The notes: generated by a model not told the origin, from the letters alone. A stretch of 64,000 bases of DNA from Pseudomonas aeruginosa PAO1 (GCF_000006765.1 NC_002516.2); one strand, 5' to 3'; positions 16,918 to 26,461 are shown, numbered from the stretch's first letter. Numbers and translations: made by a program.

Positions 16918-17949
16918 TCAGGTGCTCTCCCGCGCCATCAGCTCGAACCCCATGTCCAGCGCGCTATCGCGCACCTCCTTGCCGGCGATCAGCGCCAGCA
17001 ACTGCTCCGCCGCGCGCCGGCCGATGGCTTCGCGCGGGGTGCGGATGCTGCTCAGGCGCGGGACCGTGCAGTCCGAACCCGGCAGGTCGTTGAAACCGAG
17101 CACGGCGATCTGTTCCGGCACCTTGACCCCACGGCGCAGGGCCTCCAGCAGCGCGCCCTGGGCCAGGTCGTCGTTGCAGAAGAACACCCCGTCGACCTGC
17201 GGCTGGCTGGCCAGCAACTGCACGAAGAGTTCGCCGCCGAGGGCCACCGAGGACGGCCGCGGCGTAAGGATTTCCAGCCCCGGGTCGTAGCAGCCGGCCT
17301 TTTGCAAGGCGCGGCGGAACCCCTCGCCGCGCAGCAGGGTGCGCTGGTCGAGCTGGGCGCCGATGTAGGCCAGGCGCCTGCGGCCGCGTGCCAGCAGGTG
17401 CTCGGCGGCGGCCTCGCCGGCGCGCAACTGGGAGAAGCCGACGCAATTGAGCCCGGAGCCGGAGTCCAGGTCCATCATGTACACGCAGGGAATGCCGCTG
17501 GCCTCGATCATCCGCCGGGCGCTCTCGGTGCGCTCGAAGCCGGTCAGCAGCAGGCCGCGCGGCTGGTAGGCCAGGTAGTTGCGGATCAGGTCCTCTTCCT
17601 CGTTGCGCGAGTAGTGGAAGTTGCCGATCAGCACTTCCAGGCCCTGCGGCCGCAGTACCGCGTGGATCGCCTCGAGGGTCTCGATGAACAGCAGGTTGGC
17701 CAGCGACGGCACCAGCACCGCCACGCTGTGGCTTTGCGCCGAGGCCAGCGCGCGCGCCGCGGGGTTGGCCACGTAGCCGAGTTCGCGGGCGGCGTCGCGG
17801 ACCTTCTGCGCCAGTTCTTCGGCGACGCTGGCGACGCCGCGCAACGCGCGCGACGCGGTGATCGGGCTGACCCCGGCGCGGCGCGCGACTTCGTTGAGGG
17901 TGGGACGTCCGGTGGTTCGCGTGTTCTTGTCGTTCTTGGTGATGCTCAT
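16918..17949 (-). CDS. gntR: LacI-family gluconate repressor GntR
   Basis: PTLNEVARRAGVSPITASRAL HTH, YVANPAARAL hinge; divergent from gntK. Confidence 0.93.
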   Translation of the reverse strand: MSITKNDKNTRTTGRPTLNEVARRAGVSPITASRALRGVASVAEELAQKVRDAARELGYVANPAARALASAQSHSVAVLVPSLANLLFIETLEAIHAVLRPQGLEVLIGNFHYSRNEEEDLIRNYLAYQPRGLLLTGFERTESARRMIEASGIPCVYMMDLDSGSGLNCVGFSQLRAGEAAAEHLLARGRRRLAYIGAQLDQRTLLRGEGFRRALQKAGCYDPGLEILTPRPSSVALGGELFVQLLASQPQVDGVFFCNDDLAQGALLEALRRGVKVPEQIAVLGFNDLPGSDCTVPRLSSIRTPREAIGRRAAEQLLALIAGKEVRDSALDMGFELMAREST

Positions 17950-17980
17950 CGTGGCCTGCTTGCCAAACAAAATTCCAGGC

Positions 17981-17994
17981 ACTAAGGTAGCGCT
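17981..17994 (+). promoter_or_regulatory. GntR operator 1
   Basis: ACTAAGGTAGCGCT matches the recalled P. aeruginosa GntR consensus AC-N-AAG-N-TAGCGCT. Confidence 0.75.
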
Positions 17995-18108
17995 GTCTCG
18001 CGACCTGGGCAATCGCCTGAGGCGGCCTGTCCGCCACTGCCCGCGCGGGATTCGACAGACCACAACGACAAGAAGGCGGAGCCAGGCTCGCGCGATTTTT
18101 TCCAGGTC

Positions 18109-18122
18109 GCAAAGATAGCGCT
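18109..18122 (+). promoter_or_regulatory. GntR operator 2
   Basis: GCAAAGATAGCGCT, one mismatch to the consensus, just upstream of gntK. Confidence 0.7.
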
Positions 18123-18143
18123 GTCTCACGCTTGAGGTGTTCC

Positions 18144-18665
18144 ATGCATCCACCCCTCCAAGCCCTGGTCATCATGGGTGTCGCCGGTTGCGGCAAGTCC
18201 AGCGTCAGCCAGGCCCTTTGCCAGCGCAGCGGCGCCCACGGCATCGAAGGCGACAGCTTCCATCCCGCCGCCAACATCCGCAAGATGAGCGCCGGCATTC
18301 CCCTCACCGACGACGACCGCGCCGGCTGGCTGGACACCCTCGCCGAGCAGCTGCGCCAGGCGGTGGCCGCCGGCAAGCTGCCGGTACTGACCTGTTCCGC
18401 CCTCAAGCGCGCCTACCGCGACCGGTTGCGCCGCGCGGTGCCCGGCCTCGGCATCGTCTACCTGGAACTGACCCCGGCGGTCGCCGCCGAGCGCGTCGCC
18501 CAGCGCCCCGGCCACTTCATGCCGGCGACCCTGATCGACAGCCAGTTCGCCGCCCTCGAGCCGCCGCTCGACGAACCCCTGACCCTGCGCCTGGACGCCA
18601 CCCTGCCGGTGGAATGCCTGGCGCAGGCCGCCCACGCCTGGTGGCTGGAGCACGCCGCCGCCTGA
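18144..18665 (+). CDS. gntK: Gluconokinase
   Basis: MGVAGCGKS, EGDSFHPAANIRKMSAGIPLTDDDR, CSALKRAYRD, HFMPATLIDSQF. Confidence 0.95.
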   Translation: MHPPLQALVIMGVAGCGKSSVSQALCQRSGAHGIEGDSFHPAANIRKMSAGIPLTDDDRAGWLDTLAEQLRQAVAAGKLPVLTCSALKRAYRDRLRRAVPGLGIVYLELTPAVAAERVAQRPGHFMPATLIDSQFAALEPPLDEPLTLRLDATLPVECLAQAAHAWWLEHAAA

Positions 18666-18682
18666 ATTCTTTCGCTTGTCCG

Positions 18683-18696
18683 ACAAAGATAGCGCT
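18683..18696 (+). promoter_or_regulatory. GntR operator 3, between gntK and gntP
   Basis: ACAAAGATAGCGCT, exact match to the consensus. Confidence 0.72.
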
Positions 18697-18761
18697 ACCC
18701 CGAAAAAGCGCTTCAATGAAACAGCAACTCCGGTAGAACAACGACAAAAGGAGAGCCCTCC

Positions 18762-20114
18762 ATGTTCGGCATGTCACACGATGCCTACCTGCTCCTCGAC
18801 GCCCTGGTGACCATCATCGGCCTGATCGTGCTGATCACCCGCTTCAAGGTGCATCCCTTCATCGCCCTGATCATCGCCGCCGGCTTCCTCGGCCTGACCT
18901 CGGGGATGCCGGTGGAGAAGATCGTCAAATCCTTCCAGGACGGCTTCGGCGGCGTGCTCGGCTTCGTCGGCGTGATCCTCGCCCTGGGCACCATGCTCGG
19001 CAAGCTGATGGCCGATTCCGGCGGCGCCGACCAGATCGCCCGCACCCTGATCCGCGCCTTCGGCAAGGAGCGGGTGCACTGGTCGATGATGCTCGCCGCG
19101 TTCCTGGTGGGCATCCCGCTGTTCTTCGAGATCGGCTTCATCCTGCTGATCCCGCTGGTGTTCATCGTCGCCCGGCGCAGCGGCGTGTCCCTGATCAAGA
19201 TCGGCATCCCGTTGCTCGCCGGCCTTTCCGCGGTGCACGGTCTGGTGCCGCCGCATCCCGGCCCGCTGCTGGCGATCGGCGTGTTCGGCGCCGACATCGG
19301 CAAGACCATCCTCTACGGCCTGATCGTCGCCCTGCCCACCGCCGCCATCGCCGGCCCGCTGTTCGGCGCGCTGGTCTCGCGCTACATACCCGGCACGCCA
19401 TCGGCGGAACTGGTCGAGCAGATCGCCCACGAGCCCGAGACCCAGGACCTGCCCAGCTTCGGCGTGACCCTGGCGACCGTGCTGCTGCCGGTGTTCCTGA
19501 TGCTGCTGAAGACCTTCGCCGACGTCGCCTTCCCCGATGGCCACGCGTTCCGCGCCTGGATGGACATGATCGGCCATCCGATCAGCGCCCTGCTCCTGGC
19601 CCTGCTGGTGGCGCTCTATACCTTCGGCTACGCCCGTGGCTTCGACTCGAAGAAGATCCTCAGGCTGCTCGACCAGAGCCTGGCACCGACCGCCGCCATC
19701 GTGATGATCATCGGCGCCGGCGGCGGCTTCAAGCAGATGCTGGTGGCCAGCGGGGTCGGCGACGTCATCGGCCATCTCGCGGTGAACGCGCAGATCTCGC
19801 CGATCCTGCTGGCCTGGCTGGTGGCCGCGGTGATCCGCATCGCCACCGGCTCGGCCACCGTCGCCACCATCACCGGGGCCGGCATCGTGGTGCCGGTGAT
19901 CGACCTGATTCCCGGCGTCAACCGCGAGTTGCTGGTGCTCGCCACCGGCGCCGGCTCGCTGATCCTCTCCCATGTCAACGACGCCGGGTTCTGGCTGGTC
20001 AAGCAGTACTTCAACATGAGCGTCAGCGAGACCTTCAAGACCTGGACCGCGATGGAGACCATCCTCTCCGTGGTCGGCCTGGTCTTCATCCTGTTGCTGT
20101 CGCTGGTGCTCTGA
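18762..20114 (+). CDS. gntP: Gluconate permease (GntP family)
   Basis: GLVPPHPGP, GSATVA, SHVNDAGFWLVKQYF motifs. Confidence 0.95.
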   Translation: MFGMSHDAYLLLDALVTIIGLIVLITRFKVHPFIALIIAAGFLGLTSGMPVEKIVKSFQDGFGGVLGFVGVILALGTMLGKLMADSGGADQIARTLIRAFGKERVHWSMMLAAFLVGIPLFFEIGFILLIPLVFIVARRSGVSLIKIGIPLLAGLSAVHGLVPPHPGPLLAIGVFGADIGKTILYGLIVALPTAAIAGPLFGALVSRYIPGTPSAELVEQIAHEPETQDLPSFGVTLATVLLPVFLMLLKTFADVAFPDGHAFRAWMDMIGHPISALLLALLVALYTFGYARGFDSKKILRLLDQSLAPTAAIVMIIGAGGGFKQMLVASGVGDVIGHLAVNAQISPILLAWLVAAVIRIATGSATVATITGAGIVVPVIDLIPGVNRELLVLATGAGSLILSHVNDAGFWLVKQYFNMSVSETFKTWTAMETILSVVGLVFILLLSLVL

Positions 20115-20139
20115 GCACCAGCCCGACCGGAGTTCAGCC

Positions 20140-20283
20140 ATGACCGAACCAATGCAACGCCCCGACCACGAAGCCTCGCGCTGGCCGCGCGACTTCGATA
20201 TCCGCCAGCGCTATGCCGAGCAGCAGGAACTGCTTGAGCCACCGCCGGCGCGGCCCCGCGAAGAGCCTACCGCCGACGCCTGA
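20140..20283 (+). CDS. Candidate 47-aa small ORF (MTEPMQRPDHEASRWPRDFDIRQRYAEQQELLEPPPARPREEPTADA)
   Basis: GGAG 7 nt before ATG; starts 25 nt after the gntP stop; followed by a 14-bp hairpin; below the ORF-track size cutoff. Confidence 0.4.
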   Translation: MTEPMQRPDHEASRWPRDFDIRQRYAEQQELLEPPPARPREEPTADA

Positions 20284-20299
20284 AGCCAGCCGGCGCCAT

Positions 20300-20337
20300 G
20301 CCTTTGCTCCCGCCCCCCACGAAGCGGGAGCAAAGGC
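20300..20337. terminator. Strong hairpin, probable end of the gnt transcript
   Basis: Perfect 14-bp stem GCCTTTGCTCCCGC/GCGGGAGCAAAGGC with a 10-nt loop; no clear U-tract. Confidence 0.55.
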
Positions 20338-20446
20338 TGATTTCCGGCAAGGGCGCGACGGTTTTCCTGCTGAAACGATTTACCTTCGATCCGGACCGCG
20401 CTACAACAGTCCCACGCCTTTCATCCACGTCATTCGAGGACCCGCC

Positions 20447-22072
20447 ATGACCGCCCCGCTCCACCTCGATTCGCTGTTTCCCAGCCTCGACGCCATTCCC
20501 GAGCAGTACCGCCCCGACGCCCCCATCGAGCAGCGCGACTACCTGGTCGACGGCCAACTGCGACATTGGGACGGCCCGCTGGCGCCGGTACGCAGCCCGG
20601 TATTCCTCGCCGAGGCCGACGGCGAGCGCCAGGTGATCCTCGGCAGCACCCCGCTGCTCGACGCCGACGCCGCGCTCGCCGCGCTCGACGCCGCGGTGCG
20701 GGCCTACGACCACGGCCAGGGCCTGTGGCCGAACCTGCGGGTGGCCGAGCGCATCCAGCACGTCGAACGCTTCCTGGCGCGGATGCGCGAGCAACGCGAG
20801 GCGGTGGTCAAGCTGCTGATGTGGGAAATCGGCAAGAACCTCAAGGACTCCGAGAAAGAGTTCGACCGCACCTGCGACTACATCGTCGATACCATCGAAG
20901 CGCTGAAGGAACTCGACCGCCACTCCAGCCGTTTCGAACTGGAACAGGGCACCCTCGGCCAGATCCGCCGGGTTCCACTGGGCGTGGCGCTGTGCATGGG
21001 GCCGTACAACTATCCGCTGAACGAAACCTTCACCACCCTGATCCCGGCGCTGATCATGGGCAATACGGTGGTGTTCAAGCCGGCCAAGTTCGGCGTGCTG
21101 CTGATCCGCCCGTTGCTGGAAGCCTTCCGCGACAGCTTCCCGCCAGGAGTGATCAACGTCATCTACGGGCGCGGCCGGGAAACCGTGTCGGCGCTGATGG
21201 CCAGCGGCAAGGTCGACGTGTTCGCCTTCATCGGCACCCATTCCGGCGCCAGCGACCTGAAGAAGCTGCACCCCCGCCCGCACCGCCTGCGCGCCGCCCT
21301 CGGCCTGGACGCGAAGAACCCGGGTATCGTCCTGCCGCAGGTCGACCTGGACAACGCGGTGAACGAGGCGGTCACCGGCGCGCTGTCCTTCAACGGCCAG
21401 CGCTGCACCGCGCTGAAGATCCTGTTCGTCCACGAAAGCGTGCTGCGACCGTTCCTCGACAAGTTCAGCGCGCGCCTGGCCAGCCTCAAGCCGGGCATGC
21501 CGTGGGAACCGGGAGTGGCGCTGACGCCGCTGCCGGAGCCGGGCAAGGTCGACTATCTCGAAGGCCTGCTGAACGACGCCCTGGCCAAGGGCGCACGAGT
21601 GGTCAATGCGGGCGGCGGCGAGCATCGGCAAAGTTTCTTCTACCCCGCTCTGCTGAGTCCGGTGAGCCCGGACATGCGCCTCTACCACGAGGAGCAGTTC
21701 GGTCCGCTGGTGCCGGTGGTGCCCTATCGCGAGCTGGACGAGGTGATCGACTACGTCCTGCGCTCCGACTACGGCCAGCAGTTGAGCCTGTTCGGCAACG
21801 ACCCGGCGCAGATCGGCCGGCTGGTCGACGCCTTCGCCAACCAGGTCGGCAGGATCAACGTCAACGCCCAGTGCCAGCGCGGCCCGGACAGCTACCCGTT
21901 CAACGGCCGGAAGAATTCGGCGGAAGGCACCCTGTCGGTCCATGACGCGCTGCGGGTGTTCTCCATCCGCACCCTGGTGGCGACCCGCGACACCGAGGCG
22001 AACAAGACCCTGGTCAGCGAGATCATCCGCAACCGCGCGTCGAACTTCCTCACCACCGACTACATCTTCTGA
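20447..22072 (+). CDS. gapN: NADP-dependent non-phosphorylating glyceraldehyde-3-phosphate dehydrogenase (ALDH superfamily)
   Basis: GPYNYPLNE, VVFKP, FNGQRCTA catalytic Cys, EEQFGP; GAGGA RBS. Confidence 0.85.
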   Translation: MTAPLHLDSLFPSLDAIPEQYRPDAPIEQRDYLVDGQLRHWDGPLAPVRSPVFLAEADGERQVILGSTPLLDADAALAALDAAVRAYDHGQGLWPNLRVAERIQHVERFLARMREQREAVVKLLMWEIGKNLKDSEKEFDRTCDYIVDTIEALKELDRHSSRFELEQGTLGQIRRVPLGVALCMGPYNYPLNETFTTLIPALIMGNTVVFKPAKFGVLLIRPLLEAFRDSFPPGVINVIYGRGRETVSALMASGKVDVFAFIGTHSGASDLKKLHPRPHRLRAALGLDAKNPGIVLPQVDLDNAVNEAVTGALSFNGQRCTALKILFVHESVLRPFLDKFSARLASLKPGMPWEPGVALTPLPEPGKVDYLEGLLNDALAKGARVVNAGGGEHRQSFFYPALLSPVSPDMRLYHEEQFGPLVPVVPYRELDEVIDYVLRSDYGQQLSLFGNDPAQIGRLVDAFANQVGRINVNAQCQRGPDSYPFNGRKNSAEGTLSVHDALRVFSIRTLVATRDTEANKTLVSEIIRNRASNFLTTDYIF

Positions 22073-22079
22073 AGCGCCT

Positions 22080-22104
22080 GTCCCTCTCCCGCCGGGAGAG
22101 GGAC
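22080..22104. terminator. Hairpin after gapN
   Basis: GTCCCTCTCCC-GCC-GGGAGAGGGAC perfect 11-bp stem; may be a small dispersed palindromic repeat rather than a terminator. Confidence 0.5.
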
Positions 22105-22122
22105 CTGCCGCCACCTCCCCCA

Positions 22123-22170
22123 CTGTCCGCCAGGCAGCAGCCGTGCAACAGGCTGCCGCCCCGGCAACAC
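22123..22170. promoter_or_regulatory. Two degenerate 18-bp enhancer sites (candidate SfnR UAS)
   Basis: CTGTCCGCCAGGCAGCAG (22123-22140) and CTGCCGCCCCGGCAACAC (22153-22170) resemble CTGTTGCC-N2-GGCAACAG. Confidence 0.5.
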
Positions 22171-22213
22171 CTCCTGCTCGCGCGAACCCGCGCAACCAGT
22201 GGCCTGCGCGGGT

Positions 22214-22229
22214 CGGCACAGGCTGTGCA
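22214..22229 (+). promoter_or_regulatory. sigma54 -24/-12 promoter
   Basis: CGGCACAGGCTGTGCA (GG-N10-GC), 60 bp before the ORF at 22290. Confidence 0.75.
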
Positions 22230-22289
22230 ACGGCCCGGACTCCAGGGTAGCCGTCGACCGGACGGCCCCGCTGCCTACCAGGAGTCCGC

Positions 22290-23549
22290 ATGAACGCCCG
22301 CGTCCATCCCGAAGCCACCGCCACCAGTCTCTCCGAAGGCGCCGACTACGAACTGCTCGCCCAGCGTTTCCGACCGATCTTCGCGCGCATCGCCGAAGGC
22401 GCCGTCGAGCGCGAACGGCAACGCGAACTGCCCCACGAGGCGATCGCCTGGCTCAAGCAGGCCGGCTTCGGCGCCGTGCGCGTGCCGCGCGAGCACGGCG
22501 GCGCCGGCGCCTCGCTGCCGCAGTTGGTTCAGTTGCTGATCGAACTGGCCGAGGCCGACTCCAACATCACCCAGGCCCTGCGCGGCCACTTCGCCTTCGT
22601 CGAGGACCGTCTCAATGCCGAGCCCGGCCCTGGCCGCGACCGTTGGCTGCGGCGCTTCGTCGAGGGCGACCTGGTCGGCTGCGCCTGGACCGAGGTCGGT
22701 TCGGTACGGCTGGGCGAAGTGCTCACCCGCGTCTCGCGCAAGGACGACGGTCGCTGGGTGGTGAACGGCAGTAAGTACTACAGCACCGGCAGCCTCTTCT
22801 CCGACTGGATCGATCTGTATGCCCAGCGCGACGACACCGGCGCCGATGTGATCGCGGCGATCCGCACCGACCAGCCCGGCGTGCGCCAGAGCGACGACTG
22901 GGACGGCTTCGGCCAGCGCACCACCGGCAGCGGCACGTCGCTGTTCGAGGATGCCGAGGTGGAGGAAGAGAACCTCATCGACTTCGCCAGCCGCTTCAAG
23001 TACCAGACCGCGTTCTACCAGTTGGTCCTGCTCGCGGTGCTGGCCGGCACCGGCCGCGCCGCCTTGCGCGACGTCGCCGCCGAGGTGCGCGGGCGGACCC
23101 GTATCTACAGCCACGGCAATGCCCCGCGAGTCAGCCAGGATCCCCAGGTGCAGCAGGTGGTCGGGCGCATCGCCGCGCGCGTCTACGCCGCCGAGGCGGC
23201 CACCCTGTGCGCCGCCGAAGCGGCCCAGCGCGCCTACCTGGCGCGCTTCGTAGGCGACCCGCAGGCGGAGAAGGAGGCCAATATCGCCGCCGAGATCGAA
23301 TCGGCCAAGGCCCAGGCGATCGTCGCCGAACTGGTGTTGCAGGCCACCAGCGAGCTGTTCGACGCCAGCGGCGCTTCCGCCGTCGGCCGCGGCAAGCAGC
23401 TCGACCGCCACTGGCGCAATGCGCGCACCGCCGCCTCGCACAATCCCCTGATCTACAAGCAACGGATCGTCGGCGACTGGGAGATCAACGGCAGCGAGCC
23501 GCCCTACGTCTGGCAGATCGGCAGCGGTCCGGCCACGGCGTCCCGCTGA
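22290..23549 (+). CDS. Acyl-CoA dehydrogenase-fold flavin-dependent monooxygenase (DszC/SfnB-like)
   Basis: NGSKYYSTG, DDWDGFGQRTTGSG, LDRHWRNART, SHNP. Confidence 0.85.
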   Translation: MNARVHPEATATSLSEGADYELLAQRFRPIFARIAEGAVERERQRELPHEAIAWLKQAGFGAVRVPREHGGAGASLPQLVQLLIELAEADSNITQALRGHFAFVEDRLNAEPGPGRDRWLRRFVEGDLVGCAWTEVGSVRLGEVLTRVSRKDDGRWVVNGSKYYSTGSLFSDWIDLYAQRDDTGADVIAAIRTDQPGVRQSDDWDGFGQRTTGSGTSLFEDAEVEEENLIDFASRFKYQTAFYQLVLLAVLAGTGRAALRDVAAEVRGRTRIYSHGNAPRVSQDPQVQQVVGRIAARVYAAEAATLCAAEAAQRAYLARFVGDPQAEKEANIAAEIESAKAQAIVAELVLQATSELFDASGASAVGRGKQLDRHWRNARTAASHNPLIYKQRIVGDWEINGSEPPYVWQIGSGPATASR

Positions 23550-23579
23550 ACCTCGCCCATCCCATCGCAAGGAGTTGCC

Positions 23580-24815
23580 ATGAGCGCACTGGAAAAGAAC
23601 GCCGCCGATCCCTATCGGCAACCGCTGCCACGGACCCCGGCCCGGCGCATCGCCGACGACGCCGAGGCGATCCGCGTCGCCCGCGAACTGGCCGGGCTGT
23701 TCGCCGAGGAAGCCTCGCTGCGCGACCGCCAGCGCCGGCTGCCGGTGGCCGAACTGGAAGCCTTCTCGCAGAGCGGCCTATGGGGCATCAGCGTACCGCG
23801 CGCCTACGGCGGCGCCGAGGTCGGCTACCGGACCCTGGCCGAAGTACTGAAGACCATCGCCGCGGTAGACCCGTCCCTGGCGCAGTTGCCGCAGAACCAC
23901 CTGGCGGTGCTCGACCATTTGCGCCTGGACGGCAGCGAGGAGCAGAAACGCTTCTTCTACGGCCTGGTGCTAGACGGCGTGCGCTTCGGCAACGCCTTCT
24001 CCGAACGCCACAGCCGTACCGTCGCCGAATTCCAGACACGAGTGCTGGCGGATGGCGACGGGTTCCGCATCGACGGCCGCAAGTTCTATTCGAGCGGCGC
24101 CCTGCTCGCCCACTGGGTACCGGCCGTCGGCCTCGACGCCGAGCAGCGCGCGCACCTGGCGTTCATCCCGCGCGACGCGCCGGGGCTGACGGTGATCGAC
24201 GACTGGTCCGGCTTCGGCCAGCGCACCACCGCCAGCGGCACCGTCATCCTGGACAACGTGCGGGTGCCGGCCGAGCACGTCATCCCGGTGCACCGCGCCT
24301 TCGACCGCCCCACCGCCGCCGGCGCCGTATCGCAGTTCATCCAGGCCGCCATCGACGCCGGCATCGCCCGTGGCATCCTCGCCGAGACCGTGCAGCAGGT
24401 GCGCCGCCACGCGCGGCCATGGATAGACGCCAACCAGCAGCATGCCTGGGAAGACCCCTACACCATCCAGCAGGTCGGCGACCTGCGCATCCGCGTGCGC
24501 GCCGCGGAAGCCGTGCTCGACCTGGCGGCCGACGCCATCGAAGCGGCGCTCGCCGCCCCCGACGAGGAGAGCGTGGCCGCCGCCTCGATCGCGGTGGCCG
24601 AGGCCAAGGTGCTCACCACCGAAGCCGCCCTGCTCGCCGCCAACCGGCTGTTCGAACTGGCCGGCACGCGCTCGACCCTGGAGGAACTCAATCTCGACCG
24701 CCACTGGCGCAACGCCCGCACCCACACCCTGCATGACCCGGTGCGCTGGAAATACCATGCCATCGGCAACTACCAGTTGAATGGGGTGAAGCCACCGCGG
24801 CACGCCTGGCTCTAG
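23580..24815 (+). CDS. SfnB-family sulfur-acquisition oxidoreductase
   Basis: GRKFYSSGAL, DDWSGFGQRTTASG, LDRHWRNARTHTLHDPVRWK. Confidence 0.88.
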   Translation: MSALEKNAADPYRQPLPRTPARRIADDAEAIRVARELAGLFAEEASLRDRQRRLPVAELEAFSQSGLWGISVPRAYGGAEVGYRTLAEVLKTIAAVDPSLAQLPQNHLAVLDHLRLDGSEEQKRFFYGLVLDGVRFGNAFSERHSRTVAEFQTRVLADGDGFRIDGRKFYSSGALLAHWVPAVGLDAEQRAHLAFIPRDAPGLTVIDDWSGFGQRTTASGTVILDNVRVPAEHVIPVHRAFDRPTAAGAVSQFIQAAIDAGIARGILAETVQQVRRHARPWIDANQQHAWEDPYTIQQVGDLRIRVRAAEAVLDLAADAIEAALAAPDEESVAAASIAVAEAKVLTTEAALLAANRLFELAGTRSTLEELNLDRHWRNARTHTLHDPVRWKYHAIGNYQLNGVKPPRHAWL

Positions 24816-24874
24816 GAGCCGTCCCGGGCCCTGGGGCGGATATCGCCACTGGCGTCATCCGCCGTCCGCCCAGG

Positions 24875-26284
24875 TCAGGCCGGCAGCGCGTTGCGCCCGG
24901 CCTCCTTCTCCCAGAGGGCCCGCAGGTCGCGATAGCCGGCCGCCGGATGGGAATCCGGCAGCCGCGGGCCGTCGCCGAACAACTTCTCGCGCAGGGTTCC
25001 CGGCGCATATTCGGTCTTGTACACCCCGCGCTTCTGCAACTCCGGCACCAGCAATTCGACCACGTCGCTGAAGGTTTCGTGGGCCAGCGCATAGGCCAGG
25101 TTGAAGCCATCCACGTCGGTGTCCTCCACCCACTCCTGCAACAGGTCGGCGACGGTCGCCGGGCTGCCGACGAACAGCGGTCCGAAGCCGCCGATACCGA
25201 CCCAGTCGGCCAGTTCGCGGACCGTCCAGGTGCGCGTCGGATCGGCGCTGGAAAACGCTTCCACCGCCGATTGGATCGCATTGGTGTGGATGTGCCGCAG
25301 CACCTGGTCCGGCCGATACTGGCCGAAGTCGATCCCGGTCCAGCCGGAGATCAGCGCCAGGGCCCCTTCGTAGCTGACGAAGGCGCGGTATTCGTCGAAC
25401 TTGGCCCTGGCCTTGGCGTCGGTTTCGCCCAGCACCACCGTCTGCAGGTTGAACACCAGTACCTTGCGCGGATCGCGGCCGGCCTCGGCGACGCGCTGGC
25501 GGATGTCGGCGACCGCCTGCTTGAGCACGGTCTTCGATGGCGCGGCGACGAACACGCACTCGGCGTGCTCGGCGGCGAAGCGCTTGCCACGACTCGACGC
25601 GCCGGCCTGGTAGAGCACCGGCGTGCGCTGCGGCGACGGTTCGCAGAGATGGATGCCGGGTACCTGGAAGTGCTCGCCGACATGGCGGATCTCGTGAATC
25701 TTGCCTGGGTCGCTGAAGATCCTTCGGCGACGGTCGCGGAGCACCGCGCCGTCCTCCCAACTGCCTTCGAAGAGCTTGTAGAGCACCTGTAGGTATTCGT
25801 CGGCATAGTCGTAGCGGCGGTCGTGGTCGAGCTGGGCCTGCTGGCCGAGGTTGCGCGCGCCGCTTTCCAGGTAGGAGGTCACTACGTTCCAGCCGATCCG
25901 GCCCTTGGTCAGGTGGTCCAGGGTCGAGAGTCGGCGGGCGAAGGGATAGGGATGCTCGAAGGACAGCGAGGCGGTCAGGCCGAAGCCCAGGTGGCGAGTC
26001 ACCGCGGCCATCGGCGTGATCAGCGCCAGCGGGTCGTTCACCGGTACCTGGGCGGCCTGGCGGATCGCCGCGTCGCCATTGCCGTCGAGCACATCGTAGA
26101 TGCCCAGCACGTCGGCGATGAACAGTCCGTCGAAACGGCCGCGTTCGAGCAACCGCGCCAGGTCGGTCCAGTACTCCAGGTCCTTGTACTGCGAGGAGCG
26201 GTCGCGCGGATGCGCCCAGAGGCCGGGCGACTGGTGGCCGACACAGTTCATTTCGAAGGCGTTGAGACGGATTTCGCGCGGCAT
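24875..26284 (-). CDS. NtaA/DmoA/DszA-family FMNH2-dependent monooxygenase
   Basis: LERGRFDGLFIADVLG, STLDHLTKGRIGWNVVTS, QRTPVLYQAGASSRG, DGFNL; AAGGAG RBS. Confidence 0.9.
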   Translation of the reverse strand: MPREIRLNAFEMNCVGHQSPGLWAHPRDRSSQYKDLEYWTDLARLLERGRFDGLFIADVLGIYDVLDGNGDAAIRQAAQVPVNDPLALITPMAAVTRHLGFGLTASLSFEHPYPFARRLSTLDHLTKGRIGWNVVTSYLESGARNLGQQAQLDHDRRYDYADEYLQVLYKLFEGSWEDGAVLRDRRRRIFSDPGKIHEIRHVGEHFQVPGIHLCEPSPQRTPVLYQAGASSRGKRFAAEHAECVFVAAPSKTVLKQAVADIRQRVAEAGRDPRKVLVFNLQTVVLGETDAKARAKFDEYRAFVSYEGALALISGWTGIDFGQYRPDQVLRHIHTNAIQSAVEAFSSADPTRTWTVRELADWVGIGGFGPLFVGSPATVADLLQEWVEDTDVDGFNLAYALAHETFSDVVELLVPELQKRGVYKTEYAPGTLREKLFGDGPRLPDSHPAAGYRDLRALWEKEAGRNALPA

Positions 26285-26321
26285 GGGGACTCCTTGGCTT
26301 GCCTGTGCATCCGGCACCCCG

Positions 26322-26337
26322 TGCACAGCCCGTGCCG
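26322..26337 (-). promoter_or_regulatory. sigma54 -24/-12 promoter
   Basis: Minus-strand CGGCACGGGCTGTGCA, 38 bp before the monooxygenase start. Confidence 0.75.
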
Positions 26338-26409
26338 GGCCGCGGGGCCGCGCCGGACAACGCCTGGGTGGCAAGCCCCTGTCGCTGTGCGGGCGCAACT
26401 GCTGGGCAA

Positions 26410-26427
26410 GTGTTGGTGGATCAACAC
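26410..26427. promoter_or_regulatory. 18-bp palindromic enhancer site (candidate SfnR UAS)
   Basis: GTGTTG-GTGGAT-CAACAC, centred 83 bp upstream of the -24 GG. Confidence 0.55.
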
Positions 26428-26461
26428 ATTCGCCCGCCCCACCCGAGCCCCGAGCCCCGAA

